DNA of 56,418 nt from Bdellovibrionota bacterium FG-1 (GTDB taxonomy: Bacteria > Bdellovibrionota > UBA1018), in NCBI GenBank assembly GCA_051382295.1, contig JBBCAW010000054.1, positions 1 to 56,418 on the forward strand. The letters run 5' to 3'. This document shows, one piece after another, positions 1 to 10,234 of the stretch. The notes beneath the pieces were generated by a model. That model was not told the DNA's origin, searched no databases, and was given only the letters and a program-made list of their open reading frames with translations. The number at the start of each line of letters is the position of its first letter. Positions within the stretch are counted from its first letter, which is position 1. A program made the translations under genes and the position numbers.

Positions 1-2
1 AA

Positions 3-1079
3 ATCACTGAAGCTGAAAATGGCGAAAAAGCACTCGAAATTCTCTTATCCGAACTCAGTCAAGGGCGTCATTTTGCGGGCGCAATCGTCGACGTCCGTAT
101 GCCGGGCAAATTGGATGGCTTGCAATTCATTCGCGAGGCCTGGAAAGCGGACCCTGGCTTGCTGGTGGTGGTCGCCACCGCGTATCAGGACCGTTCCGTG
201 GATGAAATCCACCGAGTGTTCAGTGCGCAGTTTCAAGATCAATGGGACTACCTGGCTAAGCCTTTTACCTCCGGCGAAATCATTCAAAAAGCCAGACAGC
301 TCGTGTCCTCCTGGAATCGCCGGGAGCGCGAACGCGCACATCTGAGGCAAATCGAGACGCAACAGCACACGCTAGTGGCCCAAGAAAAGCTGGCGGTTCT
401 GGGACGCCTGGCGCGAAACGTGGGCCACGAATTCGGCAATTTACTTCAACCCCTCCTAGCCAAGATCGAGCTGGCCCGAATCCGATCCACTCCTGAACTT
501 TACCCCCTCTTTGACGAAATGCTGGATACAACCGACCTCGCGGCCTTAATTTGCCAAGATTTACTCACCTTTGGCCGCGAATCACACGAGAGCTCCGCCC
601 CACCCGAAATCACCATTCAAAGCCCCGTGGATCGCGTACTCCGAATCCTCAGTCATGCCATCAAAATCAAACAGGCGCAGATTCATCTCTCTTTACCCGA
701 AAGTTTCAGTGTCAGAATTCATGAAGAAAAGCTGGTGCAAATTCTTATGAATCTCCTCACTAACTCCCTAGATGCGATCCAACCGGGCGGAACCATCCGC
801 ATTGAGAGCACCGCGAGTACTCACTCCTGCATCGAAATCCGGATTACCGACAATGGCTGCGGCATCCAAAAAGATATCTTACCCATGGTGTTTTTGCCGC
901 TTTTTACGACCAAAGGACAAAATGGAAATGGCATTGGTATGGCCGTTTGCAAGCAAATCGTTGAGAGCTACGAAGGCGCCATTTCGCTTGAATCGACCGT
1001 CGGCGACGGGACTACCGTGCGCTTCAACCTCCCTGGGACGGTGTCGGCGGTCGAGGCCGCTCCAGCACCACAAAACTAA
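3..1079 (+). CDS. Hybrid response regulator/sensor histidine kinase (N-terminal receiver + HisKA + HATPase), 5'-partial
   Basis: Frame is open from position 3 (ITEAENGEKALEIL...AIVDVRMPG, receiver Asp motif), so the 99 ATG is internal. H-box GHEFGNLL, N-box NLLTNSLDA, DNGCGI, FTTK, GNGIGM. Confidence 0.9.
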   Translation: MTEAENGEKALEILLSELSQGRHFAGAIVDVRMPGKLDGLQFIREAWKADPGLLVVVATAYQDRSVDEIHRVFSAQFQDQWDYLAKPFTSGEIIQKARQLVSSWNRRERERAHLRQIETQQHTLVAQEKLAVLGRLARNVGHEFGNLLQPLLAKIELARIRSTPELYPLFDEMLDTTDLAALICQDLLTFGRESHESSAPPEITIQSPVDRVLRILSHAIKIKQAQIHLSLPESFSVRIHEEKLVQILMNLLTNSLDAIQPGGTIRIESTASTHSCIEIRITDNGCGIQKDILPMVFLPLFTTKGQNGNGIGMAVCKQIVESYEGAISLESTVGDGTTVRFNLPGTVSAVEAAPAPQN

Positions 1080-1533
1080 AACCGGGATGATCCTCCCGGG
1101 AGATCTCCACAAACCGCTCGTTTGGCCATTGTGGGAAATAGGCGTCTCCGGGGTATTCGCGATCCAGGAGCGTTAAATAGAGCCGATCCGCAAATTCAAG
1201 CGCCTGCGTGTAGAGCTCGGCGCCGCCAATCACAAAAACCTCGGCGCTCCCCGCGTCCTGGCCAGAATCGGGAGAAGAACTTTGACAAGCCTCCGTCAGG
1301 GTGTGAAAAATTTTTGCGCCCTCAATCTGATAACCCGCTTGTCGCGTCACGATACGATTTTCACGCCCAGGTAACAAACGCCCGATCGATTCATAAGTTT
1401 TTCGGCCCATCACCACGGGATGCCCGCTCGTGACTCGCCTAAAATATTTTAGATCCTCGGGCAAATGCCAGGGGAGTCGATTTTGCGCGCCAATGATCCG
1501 ATTTTTAGCCATCGCGGCAATCAGCGACACCAT
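1024..1533 (-). CDS. folA: Dihydrofolate reductase
   Basis: IG..NRLPWHLPEDLKYF, MGRKTYESIGRLLPGR, IGGAELY, GDAYFP; directly downstream of thyA. Confidence 0.97.
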   Translation of the reverse strand: MVSLIAAMAKNRIIGAQNRLPWHLPEDLKYFRRVTSGHPVVMGRKTYESIGRLLPGRENRIVTRQAGYQIEGAKIFHTLTEACQSSSPDSGQDAGSAEVFVIGGAELYTQALEFADRLYLTLLDREYPGDAYFPQWPNERFVEISREDHPGFSFVVLERPRPPTPSQGG

Positions 1534-1538
1534 GACCG

Positions 1539-2333
1539 TTACACGGCCACCGGGGCTTTGATCGCAGGATGAGGGTCATAACCCTCGATCGTAAAATCCT
1601 CGAATTTAAAATCAAAAATCGAGCGCACCGCCGGATTGATTTTCATCCGAGGAAGGGCGCGCGTTTCACGAGAAAGTTGCAGCTGAGTTTGTTCTAAATG
1701 ATTGAGGTAAAGATGGGCGTCTCCCAAGGTGTGTACGAAATCTCCCGGCTGAAGGTCCGTGACCTGCGCGATCATCAGAGTCAAAAGCGCGTAACTGGCA
1801 ATATTAAAAGGAACTCCCAAAAAGATATCGGCGCTCCGTTGATAGAGCTGACAAGAAAGTCGCCCGTCGGCGACATAAAACTGAAAGAAGGCATGACAAG
1901 GGGGAAGCGCCATTTTCTCGATTTCGCCGACATTCCACGCACTCACAATCAGGCGCCGAGAGTCTGGATTCTTTCGAATCTGATCGATCAACTGCGAAAT
2001 CTGATCGATGGTGCGACCATCAATACTCCGCCAAGATCGCCACTGAGCGCCGTAAACAGGACCCAAATTTCCCTGCGCGTCGGCCCACTCATTCCAAATG
2101 CTCACGCCATTTTCTTTGAGATAGGCGATGTTGGTGTCGCCCTTCAAAAACCAAAGGAGCTCGTGAATGATGGATTTGGTGTGAACTTTTTTGGTCGTGA
2201 GAAGCGGGAATCCTTCAGCTAAGTTAAATCGCATTTGATAGCCAAACACGCTTCGAGTCCCCGTGCCGGTTCTATCTTGTTTGATCGTACCGCTCTCAGC
2301 CACGTGGCGCATTAAATCAAGATAAGGTTTCAT
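1539..2333 (-). CDS. thyA: Thymidylate synthase
   Basis: [42 protein letters not shown]; 264 aa. Confidence 0.98.
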   Translation of the reverse strand: MKPYLDLMRHVAESGTIKQDRTGTGTRSVFGYQMRFNLAEGFPLLTTKKVHTKSIIHELLWFLKGDTNIAYLKENGVSIWNEWADAQGNLGPVYGAQWRSWRSIDGRTIDQISQLIDQIRKNPDSRRLIVSAWNVGEIEKMALPPCHAFFQFYVADGRLSCQLYQRSADIFLGVPFNIASYALLTLMIAQVTDLQPGDFVHTLGDAHLYLNHLEQTQLQLSRETRALPRMKINPAVRSIFDFKFEDFTIEGYDPHPAIKAPVAV

Positions 2334-2422
2334 CGCATTCCTTTCGAGGGATTCTTTTCTATCTCAAAAACAACCTAACACAAAGCGTTGTTTTTATGGG
2401 TCAATTGGTCATTTTTCTTGAA

Positions 2423-2451
2423 TTGACATTGCGCGTTATTAAGGGGAAAAT
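2423..2451 (+). promoter_or_regulatory. Candidate sigma70 promoter
   Basis: TTGACA (2423-2428), 17 bp spacer, GAAAAT (2446-2451), upstream of the 2470 ATG. Confidence 0.5.
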
Positions 2452-2469
2452 AAGCTATTGGAACACCGC

Positions 2470-4221
2470 ATGGGGCCTCAAACTGCAAAAACTCTAGCTC
2501 GCCTATTTTTCGGCCTTTTCGTGGCACTCATTTGTGGTGCGGCCGGTCCTTGTGCCTCCGACGTCACGACCCGAGTCTGCGCGACGGGAGGCTCCCTTCT
2601 CTCGGATGGAACTTGCTCTTATTCCAGCGATAACTATGCTCTTTCGGTTCCCGCCCCGGTGGGAGTGGCACCTTCCACTGCGATCTATTTTGGCGCAACC
2701 ACGGATATCGCCGGAGCCGGAGTGGGCTACATCGTCGGAGGCGGCGTGGGGTTTTCAGGCCCAAATTCGACAGTCCCTCTGCTTTTTGGAGGAGGAAAAA
2801 GTGAAGTATTTACGGCTCTGGCGAGCTATCCATCCTCGGCGCCGTCATTGTTGCTTTCAGATGGTACGAGTCTCAATCTGACTGATTATATCGTTGCAGC
2901 AGGGTATGCCAAGCTCCCATCAGGGAGCACCGCTACCTTGATTGCCCGATATACTCCATTAGGGGCACTCGATACGAGTTTCAATAACGGAAAAGGATAC
3001 CTTTTAGGATCTGAAACGGGAATCGTCGGAGGCACCTATAATAGGATCAATGCCGTCGCCATTGACAGCAAGGGACGCATCGTCGTCGTGGGCGAAGGCT
3101 GGGACGACACTCTTGGAGCTCCTGACGTTCACTCGGGAAACCATAAAGCAGTGGTCGCGCGCCTCTTGGCGAGTGGTGCACTTGATACGACAGGCTTTCA
3201 CGCTAGCCCGCTTGTGATCGGCGGCACAATCCCCTCGGGCAGCGCACGCAATGGTTTTTCGATGAGTCCTGCGATCAGTGCATCGACTTCTAAAGGAGGT
3301 TTTGGAAACCTAACGAATACTCTCACCGCTGAAGCATTCACCGCTGTCATCATTGGCGCTGATGATGAAATTTATGCGGCAGGGTATTCCGCAACCGCTG
3401 CGTACACGATTGGCTTGATCACCAAGTTCCAAGCCGATGGGTTGTTTTTGGGCAAAGCACTTGGCAACGGAGGCACCCGTTTTAACACCTTTGACCGCTT
3501 TAACTCATTGGATCTTGATAGTTCGGGGCGAGTCGTCGCAGTCGGGTATTCCTCAGATAAAGACATCTCTCTGGATCCTCCGGATCCCTCAGCAAGCGTA
3601 AAGGGGATCGTCATTCGTTACGCGGCGGATTTATCGGTGGTTGACTCGACCTTTAACTCAACCAGCACCCCAGGGTATTGGCTTTCTACGGGATATTTTG
3701 GCGGAACGAAGGACTCTTTCAATGCGGTTGCCATCGATCCAAACGATAATATTTTTCTAGGGGGCTATAGCTTCTCGAACAGCACAGGAAACTCGCAGGC
3801 CTTAATTCTTAAAATTCCAGCAAGCGGAACAACCGTACTCGGGGCTTCAACCGTAGCAGGGTATGCTGGGGCTTTTGACGACTCTATTCAACAAATTGTC
3901 CTGGTCACAACCACCGGCTCGACCACTGAAGTTTTGGGGGTTGGGGTGAGCAACGCTTCGGCTCTCCTCACCGCGTGGGATGCAAGTCTCGCATCAAACA
4001 CCGCTTTTAACGCAAATGCCACTCCCTCAGGGAGTCCCGGATATCAGCTGGGCAGTTTCGCTCAGAATGGGGTCCCCAACATCACTGGAGGCGACACATT
4101 CCTGGGAACAGCCATCACTGATGATGGAACACATATTGTGGTAGCGGGTTTCGCTTCCGATGGAACTTACTCCTATCCCGTCCTCGTCCGATACCTGATC
4201 TCGACCGGGGCTTTAGACTAA
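2470..4221 (+). CDS. Secreted delta-60-repeat-like beta-propeller protein
   Basis: Hydrophobic N-terminus. Repeats ARYTPLGALDTSF, ARLLASGALDTTGF, RYAADLSVVDSTFN and AVAID..G.IVV.G. Start could alternatively be TTG 2458. Confidence 0.7.
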   Translation: MGPQTAKTLARLFFGLFVALICGAAGPCASDVTTRVCATGGSLLSDGTCSYSSDNYALSVPAPVGVAPSTAIYFGATTDIAGAGVGYIVGGGVGFSGPNSTVPLLFGGGKSEVFTALASYPSSAPSLLLSDGTSLNLTDYIVAAGYAKLPSGSTATLIARYTPLGALDTSFNNGKGYLLGSETGIVGGTYNRINAVAIDSKGRIVVVGEGWDDTLGAPDVHSGNHKAVVARLLASGALDTTGFHASPLVIGGTIPSGSARNGFSMSPAISASTSKGGFGNLTNTLTAEAFTAVIIGADDEIYAAGYSATAAYTIGLITKFQADGLFLGKALGNGGTRFNTFDRFNSLDLDSSGRVVAVGYSSDKDISLDPPDPSASVKGIVIRYAADLSVVDSTFNSTSTPGYWLSTGYFGGTKDSFNAVAIDPNDNIFLGGYSFSNSTGNSQALILKIPASGTTVLGASTVAGYAGAFDDSIQQIVLVTTTGSTTEVLGVGVSNASALLTAWDASLASNTAFNANATPSGSPGYQLGSFAQNGVPNITGGDTFLGTAITDDGTHIVVAGFASDGTYSYPVLVRYLISTGALD

Positions 4222-4234
4222 ACGTTATTCGTAT

Positions 4235-4264
4235 TTGACAATCACCCACTCCGTTGGCTAAGGT
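4235..4264 (+). promoter_or_regulatory. Candidate sigma70 promoter for tRNA-Pro
   Basis: TTGACA at 4235-4240, TAAGGT at 4259-4264 (18 bp spacer), just upstream of the tRNA. Confidence 0.4.
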
Positions 4265-4281
4265 GAGCGTTCCTCATAGGT

Positions 4282-4357
4282 CGGGGTGTAGCGCAGTTGG
4301 TAGCGCATCTGCTTTGGGAGCAGAGGGTCGTCAGTTCGAATCTGGCCACCCCGACCA
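4282..4357 (+). tRNA. tRNA-Pro (anticodon TGG)
   Basis: Acceptor stem CGGGGTG/CACCCCG, D-arm GCGCAGTTGGTAGCGC, anticodon arm TCTGC-TTTGGGA-GCAGA, T-loop GTTCGAATC, encoded CCA; 76 nt. Confidence 0.97.
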
Positions 4358-4411
4358 AATTGAAGGTCCGGCGACCTGTGATCCTTCAAATGCAAGATCA
4401 AGGCTCCACTT

Positions 4412-7135
4412 TTACTCGTCACCCTGCAACCAGCTCTCCGCTTCCCGGCGAAGCGCCGCGATCCGTTCTGTTGGCCAGGTATCCAGTGGCGGGGGGAGTA
4501 CGGGGGGCCTGTCAAAAAGTCGATTGCTCGACCTGGAAAAAGTTTCCACACAAAATTTGGCCAGGAAATACCGTTTACTGACCTGTCGTCGAGGCGAGGT
4601 ATCAGCTGCCCGCAGAAGACACGCCACGATTCGCGCATGGATCTGAATATTGAAAAAATCCACCCGAAAAAGCGGTTCCAGCACCTCATGTGCCCCATCG
4701 AAATCATCTGCCGTGATCAAACGGTCGGCCACCATGACTCGGAACAAGACTTCACCCAACAAACTCGCGGGTTTTGGCGCGGGTTCACCCTGGCTTGCCT
4801 GCCGAGTGAAGGCTTCAAGCTCCAGAAATGGTTTGCGATCCATGCCTGAATAGGAGGAATTGTCGTGCCAGATCCCGAATGCTCGTTCGAAATGCCTGGC
4901 CAAGTAACAGGCCATCCCAAGAAGGTGCAAGGCTAGTCCATACCAGGCGGGGGGATTGGCGGGATTTGTCGCTTCGAGCACGCTTTCGAGCGTCTCGCGT
5001 GCGGTGCTAGGATCGGCATCACGAATCAACCGCTTGGCGCGCTCAATCCCGATGCCAGGATGCCCTGGATAGCGCTCCCACATCCAGTCAAGCAAGGCCG
5101 GTGAACGTTCAAACGAATAGGGTGTCCGCTCATGGGCAAGATAAGCGGCAAACGCCGAATCGGGATCATCCACATTCCGCAGCTTCTGGGCTTCGAACCA
5201 GCGCGCTAACTCCAGGGGCGGCAAGTTCTGAATCATCGCGGAGTAAGCCAATGAGGAAGACTTCCACTCCCGGAAACTCTCGCCCTCCGCGATGAAAAGC
5301 CCAGAAAAATCCGGAAACTCAAGTCGTACCTCGTCGGCTTCAATTGCGATTGGCTTGCCGTCGAGCGGGATCAGACGCACGCTCGAGCGCTGGGGTAGGA
5401 CAGCCAATGCGTGCTTGCCATTGCCACTTTCAAAAAGCATGAGCCGGTCGGTGGAGGGCACTTCGAACAGGGGTTTTAGGTGATCATCTTCCGGCGTTAA
5501 AGCGCACAGGGTCCATTCTTCACCCCGAATACAATTGATGAAAACCAGTCCGTGTGTGGAATTCCCCGCAACCGCGTGCATACCCTCTCCATCCGCGCCT
5601 CGGATCCGCATGACTTCCACCAGGCCTTCTTGCCGCCAGGAAAAAAAGCCGATCCACGGCTCCAGATCTTCTTCATCCTCCTCTCTCTCTTCATTTTCCC
5701 CTGCTTCCGCGCTCGGCCCCCAAAATGGGAGTGAGTTGTGGACGCAAAGAAGTAATTCTCCGTTAACGGGATGACGGAGGCCCGTGCTCATTTCCTGATT
5801 TGCGCCGAGCTCAACGCTTCTTTTTTTTCGACCCCGAAAGTCCAGCAACTCGACTCGGTTTGCACCAATCGGTCCGAGCAGGAGTTCGATTTCACCTTTG
5901 TCCTCTAGTATGATCGGAAAACCATCCCGTCCGATGGAGCGCAGCAATTGTCCCTGGTCTAAATCGATGACTGACGTACGCGCTCCGAGCCTGGGCCGTC
6001 CCCCATGCATCAGCCAGAGATACCGTCCCCCTAGATCGGTCACGGCATTTTCGATTTTGTCATCAGCAGGAAGTAGGCCTGCAACGGACCGGAAGTCCAA
6101 AATCTTCCAGTGGGGATCCCGACTCATCCTCAAAACCACGCCCGTTTCCCCGACCAGGGTTAGCCTCGCACCATCGAAGGCATAACTGATGATATTAAGC
6201 GGCACCGGACCACGGAAGGTAACGGTTTCGAAAACTCTCCCACTCGCTATGTCGACAGTAGCGAGGAAGCCCCATTGCCCCCAGCCCGAAAAAAATAAAG
6301 CGATTCGCCCGGACGGATCGATGCAACGGACCGCCCACGAGTCCCTCACGTCCGGGATATGATTAAATAGATCGGGTGGACAGATGTCCTCCGAAAAGAC
6401 CTCGAGTTTCCATTCGCGATGAAGCTCCAGCTGAAAGTGGGCCACCCGTGCCGTCCAGTGCTTGCCCAAGTCCTCATTGGCGACCATCCGCGATAATTCG
6501 AGAGCTGAGTCGCGTGCCCCAAACCAATCTCGACTCATGATACATTGCTCGTGTCGATTTTCTAAGCTTCTCACTTTAACGGCCATGCTCAGTTGGAGCC
6601 CCAGCGACGCCCATCTTGTCTGTTCCTCGGCTCCAAGATCCCTCTGTCTGACTTCTCGAAACAATGACTCCGCCCTGAATACCTCGCCACGTTTCAACAG
6701 TGCCTCCATCTCGCACAGGGCGCTTCCGGCGCGCTGTCTTGCGGCTTCAAGCTCAATGGCTTCCAATTGAGCGAGCAGGTTCACCCCCTCTGGAATATCG
6801 GCAAGCAGCTCTCGATGGGGTTCAAGCTCGCTGAGCGTTGCGTTGGATGAAGATAAACCGGATTGAAGCTTTTCGCTGGCTGTAAACCAAGCGGCTAGCG
6901 CCGCTCCAATACGCTTCATTTTGACTTTTCCTTCGCGCGAAAAGAGTGCTTCCGCTTGGAGCAAGAGGCGTGGATTGAGCTTTTCACTTGCAAGCAAGAG
7001 CCGTCGATTATCTAGGTCCAACTCCAGGAAGCAAATGACCGCCTCAGCGACTTGTCCCACTTCAAGCAACGTGCGCAACGCCTGCTCGTGCTGTTGGGCA
7101 ATTTCGCAGCGCAAGGCATTCTCTGCTTCAGTCAA
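4412..7135 (-). CDS. Large hypothetical protein (helical/TPR-like N- and C-terminal parts, central beta-rich region), probably 5'-truncated
   Basis: 907-aa ORF starting at TTG; frame stays open without ATG up to 7291; no recognisable catalytic motif. Confidence 0.6.
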   Translation of the reverse strand: MTEAENALRCEIAQQHEQALRTLLEVGQVAEAVICFLELDLDNRRLLLASEKLNPRLLLQAEALFSREGKVKMKRIGAALAAWFTASEKLQSGLSSSNATLSELEPHRELLADIPEGVNLLAQLEAIELEAARQRAGSALCEMEALLKRGEVFRAESLFREVRQRDLGAEEQTRWASLGLQLSMAVKVRSLENRHEQCIMSRDWFGARDSALELSRMVANEDLGKHWTARVAHFQLELHREWKLEVFSEDICPPDLFNHIPDVRDSWAVRCIDPSGRIALFFSGWGQWGFLATVDIASGRVFETVTFRGPVPLNIISYAFDGARLTLVGETGVVLRMSRDPHWKILDFRSVAGLLPADDKIENAVTDLGGRYLWLMHGGRPRLGARTSVIDLDQGQLLRSIGRDGFPIILEDKGEIELLLGPIGANRVELLDFRGRKKRSVELGANQEMSTGLRHPVNGELLLCVHNSLPFWGPSAEAGENEEREEDEEDLEPWIGFFSWRQEGLVEVMRIRGADGEGMHAVAGNSTHGLVFINCIRGEEWTLCALTPEDDHLKPLFEVPSTDRLMLFESGNGKHALAVLPQRSSVRLIPLDGKPIAIEADEVRLEFPDFSGLFIAEGESFREWKSSSLAYSAMIQNLPPLELARWFEAQKLRNVDDPDSAFAAYLAHERTPYSFERSPALLDWMWERYPGHPGIGIERAKRLIRDADPSTARETLESVLEATNPANPPAWYGLALHLLGMACYLARHFERAFGIWHDNSSYSGMDRKPFLELEAFTRQASQGEPAPKPASLLGEVLFRVMVADRLITADDFDGAHEVLEPLFRVDFFNIQIHARIVACLLRAADTSPRRQVSKRYFLAKFCVETFSRSSNRLFDRPPVLPPPLDTWPTERIAALRREAESWLQGDE

Positions 7136-7152
7136 GCGACCTCGTAGCTGCT

Positions 7153-7521
7153 TTGGATCCGATCCCCCGCAATCGAGCGCCTGCCGGAGAAACCGAATTT
7201 CTTCAGCTAGGTCTCCCCGCCGTCTGGATTCTTCCTGAGGATAGCTGGCTCGGGTGGTTGCGGCAGCACGCCCCCGCCTACCAGAACGCGCTCAAGACGA
7301 GTATCGACCGGAGAGGTAAAATCATTTTACACCAGGAACTACTTATTGCTCGGATCAAGGATCTCAGTTTGCGTGTCAAACTCGAAAAAGCATTGCCAGA
7401 GAACAGGCAATTTTTGACGCTTGATGAGGAATATGTGGCTTTTCCGGCGGGCTTGTTACCAATCGTTGAAAAGGTGGTCAGGAAAGAAGGTCATGTCATC
7501 CAGGTGGTGAAAACCCAATGA
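7153..7521 (+). pseudogene. Probable C-terminal remnant of a gene coupled to the downstream ORF
   Basis: Only the part from ~7310 (GKIILHQELLIARIKDLSLRVKLEK...) looks protein-like; ATGA overlap with 7518; 5' part overlaps the open antisense frame of the 907-aa ORF. Confidence 0.4.
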
Positions 7522-9224
7522 AACTCAAAAGCATCGATGTCGATGGATTTGAAACAATCACGAATGCGGCAGGCTCGGACATTCGAAGGGACCTGCACAC
7601 TTTTATCCGGTATGTCGCCGAAAAGGGCATCAAGCGCTCTCATCGGGGCAATCTGATTCCCAAGGCGGACCTGCTTAGACTGCAGAAGCAAATGTCGCGG
7701 CAGGACTCTTTGACTGAAAGTGGTTCCGCCTGGATTAGGGCGGTGGATCATCTTGCTTTGGATTTGGATTTCATCCACTACGATACGAAAGGAGAATATG
7801 CCGGCTATTCGAGCAGGGAGGCTTCCTATCCTGACAACCAAATTGAGGTTCAATCTGGTCGGTATGATCAATTTCTGGCACTTTCCCTCCAGGATCAAGA
7901 AAACACGCTTTTAAATGGTCTCCTTCAGGGGGGCGGCGGTGCTAGTGATCATGAGAAACATGAATTTATGCATCCGTCCCCTTTGGGAAGACTGGATCAG
8001 TTTGATTGTTCTGGTTGCGCGATCGGAGTGCTTCCGACCCTTGATTTTGCTGAAATTAGGCGATTTCTTTTAAACCTTCTGGCCACTCTTCCAACTGACA
8101 CTTGGTGGAGTACGCAATCGTTGATCGAGGAATTGAAAGATAAACACCCGTATTTTTTAATTCCAAAGATCGTCCATTTTAAAAATACTTACGAACGGAA
8201 CGAAGGTCGATATGGCAACTTCTCGGAGTACGAGGGTGACCGCTATTATGGAACAAAAATTCAAATTTTAGTGAAAGACCCGGATGCTTTTGAGCGCGTC
8301 GAGGGGCGATATCTTGAACGCTTCCTGGAATCGATCCCTTTGATGCTGGGCTACGTGGATGTCGCCTACCGGCCTAAAAGTAAAAACAAGTTCTTCCCAT
8401 CGCGAGGAGAGCTGGTAGCCTTTCGGGTGCGTGGCCGCCTGCCAGTCATGTTGAACAAGGAAATCCGCGAACCCCTGGTCCGGGTCGAGCCCAATTTCGA
8501 AGTGTATATTGAATCTGAACTCTACCCAGCGCGTATTCTGTGCGAACTGGCCCCGTTTGCCGAAATTGTCAAGCAAGGACCCATGACGGTTCTGCGACTC
8601 AATAAAGCCATGGCCACCGTGGAACTGGCCCGTCACCGGTCCATACGGCTTACGGAGTATCTCGGACAGCGCGTTTCGTCTCCGCTGTCTCAGAACGTGA
8701 TCACTGAACTCCAAAGCTGGGGTGAACATGCACAGGTATTCACGCTTTTTACCGGGGCAGGCCTACTCGAAATGGCGGAGTCCGCGGAGAAACTGAAAGC
8801 AATCGAGCCTCACTTGGTGAAGAACATTTCGTCGCGGTTTTCGATCATCAGCGCGCCTCAAGGGTGCCTGGAAAAACTACTGGACGCGGAACTAGTCCCT
8901 ATTTCATTAAAACATGCCAATATGCTGTTGAATTGGGTGCCAGCAGAATCAATCTCGGTTTTTCCGAAAAAGAAAACCGCAAAATCGGTTATTACCGGGC
9001 CTAAGCAGGTCAATCTGAAAACAAGGACTTTAGTCACTCACTACTTTCCGTCTCAAGAACTCTATGATGTGTTCCTCAAGGGACTGATACAAAAACGATG
9101 TGCCTTCAAAACGGAAAAATCAGAGTTAGCAATCACTTTTTCAGGAAAGATGGGTTCTCATATCCGTGACATCAAAAAAGAGGTGAGCGATCGTTATCAT
9201 ATCAACTACGAAGAGATGGATTGA
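7518..9224 (+). CDS. Hypothetical protein with helicase-associated (XPB/Ssl2 N-terminal, Helicase_C_3-like) domain
   Basis: 568 aa. LVRVEPNFEVYI...LAPFAE...VLRL...LSQNVITELQSW resembles Helicase_C_3; no Walker motifs. Confidence 0.6.
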   Translation: MKLKSIDVDGFETITNAAGSDIRRDLHTFIRYVAEKGIKRSHRGNLIPKADLLRLQKQMSRQDSLTESGSAWIRAVDHLALDLDFIHYDTKGEYAGYSSREASYPDNQIEVQSGRYDQFLALSLQDQENTLLNGLLQGGGGASDHEKHEFMHPSPLGRLDQFDCSGCAIGVLPTLDFAEIRRFLLNLLATLPTDTWWSTQSLIEELKDKHPYFLIPKIVHFKNTYERNEGRYGNFSEYEGDRYYGTKIQILVKDPDAFERVEGRYLERFLESIPLMLGYVDVAYRPKSKNKFFPSRGELVAFRVRGRLPVMLNKEIREPLVRVEPNFEVYIESELYPARILCELAPFAEIVKQGPMTVLRLNKAMATVELARHRSIRLTEYLGQRVSSPLSQNVITELQSWGEHAQVFTLFTGAGLLEMAESAEKLKAIEPHLVKNISSRFSIISAPQGCLEKLLDAELVPISLKHANMLLNWVPAESISVFPKKKTAKSVITGPKQVNLKTRTLVTHYFPSQELYDVFLKGLIQKRCAFKTEKSELAITFSGKMGSHIRDIKKEVSDRYHINYEEMD

Positions 9225-9523
9225 TGGAAGTTCAAGCCATCAACATAGCGCCCCTTCCAGTTCGATCCGTAAGGGGCAAGCGCGGGCGGATAATTCTCCT
9301 GAACGATGCCAAACTTTCGCAATTGACGCCGAAGATAGGTGCGCGTGTGGCCAGTGACCTCGGACAACTCCCTCATGGAATGCTGCTTTTTGACCCTCAA
9401 AGGCTCTAAACTGGTGGGGTCTTCGGCAATTCCTGAAAAATTTATTCTAACGTTATCAATGAGTTGAGCGGATTCAAATGTCGTTTTTACTGCCCGACCA
9501 AATAAAAAACACAATAAATTCAA
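9206..9523 (-). pseudogene. Truncated HTH/recombinase-family-associated ORF at island edge
   Basis: HTH-like SMRELSEVTGHTRTYLRRQLRKFGI followed by APYG, the motif that precedes the recombinase domain of large serine recombinases; the ORF ends shortly after. Confidence 0.4.
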
Positions 9524-9548
9524 ACAGATAGAAAAAAAGAACTTCTTC

Positions 9549-10157
9549 CTAGCCAGGATTGGTTAAGTTTTTTTCGACAAACTCCCAATTCAAGAACCGA
9601 TCGATCAAGGCATTCAGATAATCAGCTCTGCGGTTTTGGAAATCGAGATAATAAGCGTGTTCCCATACGTCGAGCGTAAGAAGTGGCGTCGCCCCGGTAC
9701 CCAGTGGCGTCTCGGCGTTACTGGTCGTTGTGATCTCCAGTACGCCCCCCTTTGCAATCAGCCACGCCCAACCGCTACCGAATTGCCCCGCTGCTGCGGC
9801 CGAGAATTTCGCTTTAAACTCGTCATAACTTCCCCAGGTCTTCTCGATCAAGCCAAGGATCTTTGCGCTCGGAATACCTTGAGATTTGGGACTCAGACTA
9901 TTCCAATAAAATGCGTGATTCCAGCTTTGCGCGGCATTATTAAAGATCGCCCCAGCCCCCTCCTTCTTGCGGGATTGAATCACCACTTCTTCTAAACTCA
10001 TCTGAGCAAAGGCCGAGTCCGAAACCAACTTATTCAAATTATTAATATAGCCTTGATGATGCTTTCCATAATGGAAGTCTATCGTTCGGGCAGAAATCAC
10101 GGGCGCGAATGCGTCAGTGCCGTAAGGAAATTTGGGCAACATAAATGGAGTAGGCAT
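9549..10157 (-). CDS. sodB: Superoxide dismutase [Fe]
   Basis: HYGKHHQGY, FNNAAQSWNH (Fe-type Gln), FGSGWAWL, DVWEHAYY. Confidence 0.93.
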   Translation of the reverse strand: MPTPFMLPKFPYGTDAFAPVISARTIDFHYGKHHQGYINNLNKLVSDSAFAQMSLEEVVIQSRKKEGAGAIFNNAAQSWNHAFYWNSLSPKSQGIPSAKILGLIEKTWGSYDEFKAKFSAAAAGQFGSGWAWLIAKGGVLEITTTSNAETPLGTGATPLLTLDVWEHAYYLDFQNRRADYLNALIDRFLNWEFVEKNLTNPG

Positions 10158-10234
10158 AGTGAGTTCCCTTTCTGAATCAGGTGTATCTTATTGACCTGAC
10201 GCGAGGCAATCCCAGAAGAAGGGAAATTCAGTCT

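Larger units (their letters stand above)
4358..9503. mobile_element. Decayed genomic island integrated at tRNA-Pro
   Basis: CCCGACCAAAT (tRNA 3' end, 4350-4360) recurs at 9493-9503. The interval holds truncated or hypothetical genes and a recombinase-associated remnant; no intact integrase. Confidence 0.5.

Noticed and set aside
1024..1079. Convergent 3' overlaps (also 18640-18651, 25443-25454, 50966-51003)
   Set aside because: Short tail-to-tail overlaps are common in compact genomes and involve non-conserved C-terminal tails.
4254..4707. ORFs spanning the tRNA (4254-4646, 4258-4707, 4297-4581)
   Set aside because: Shadow ORFs overlapping tRNA-Pro and the 907-aa gene.
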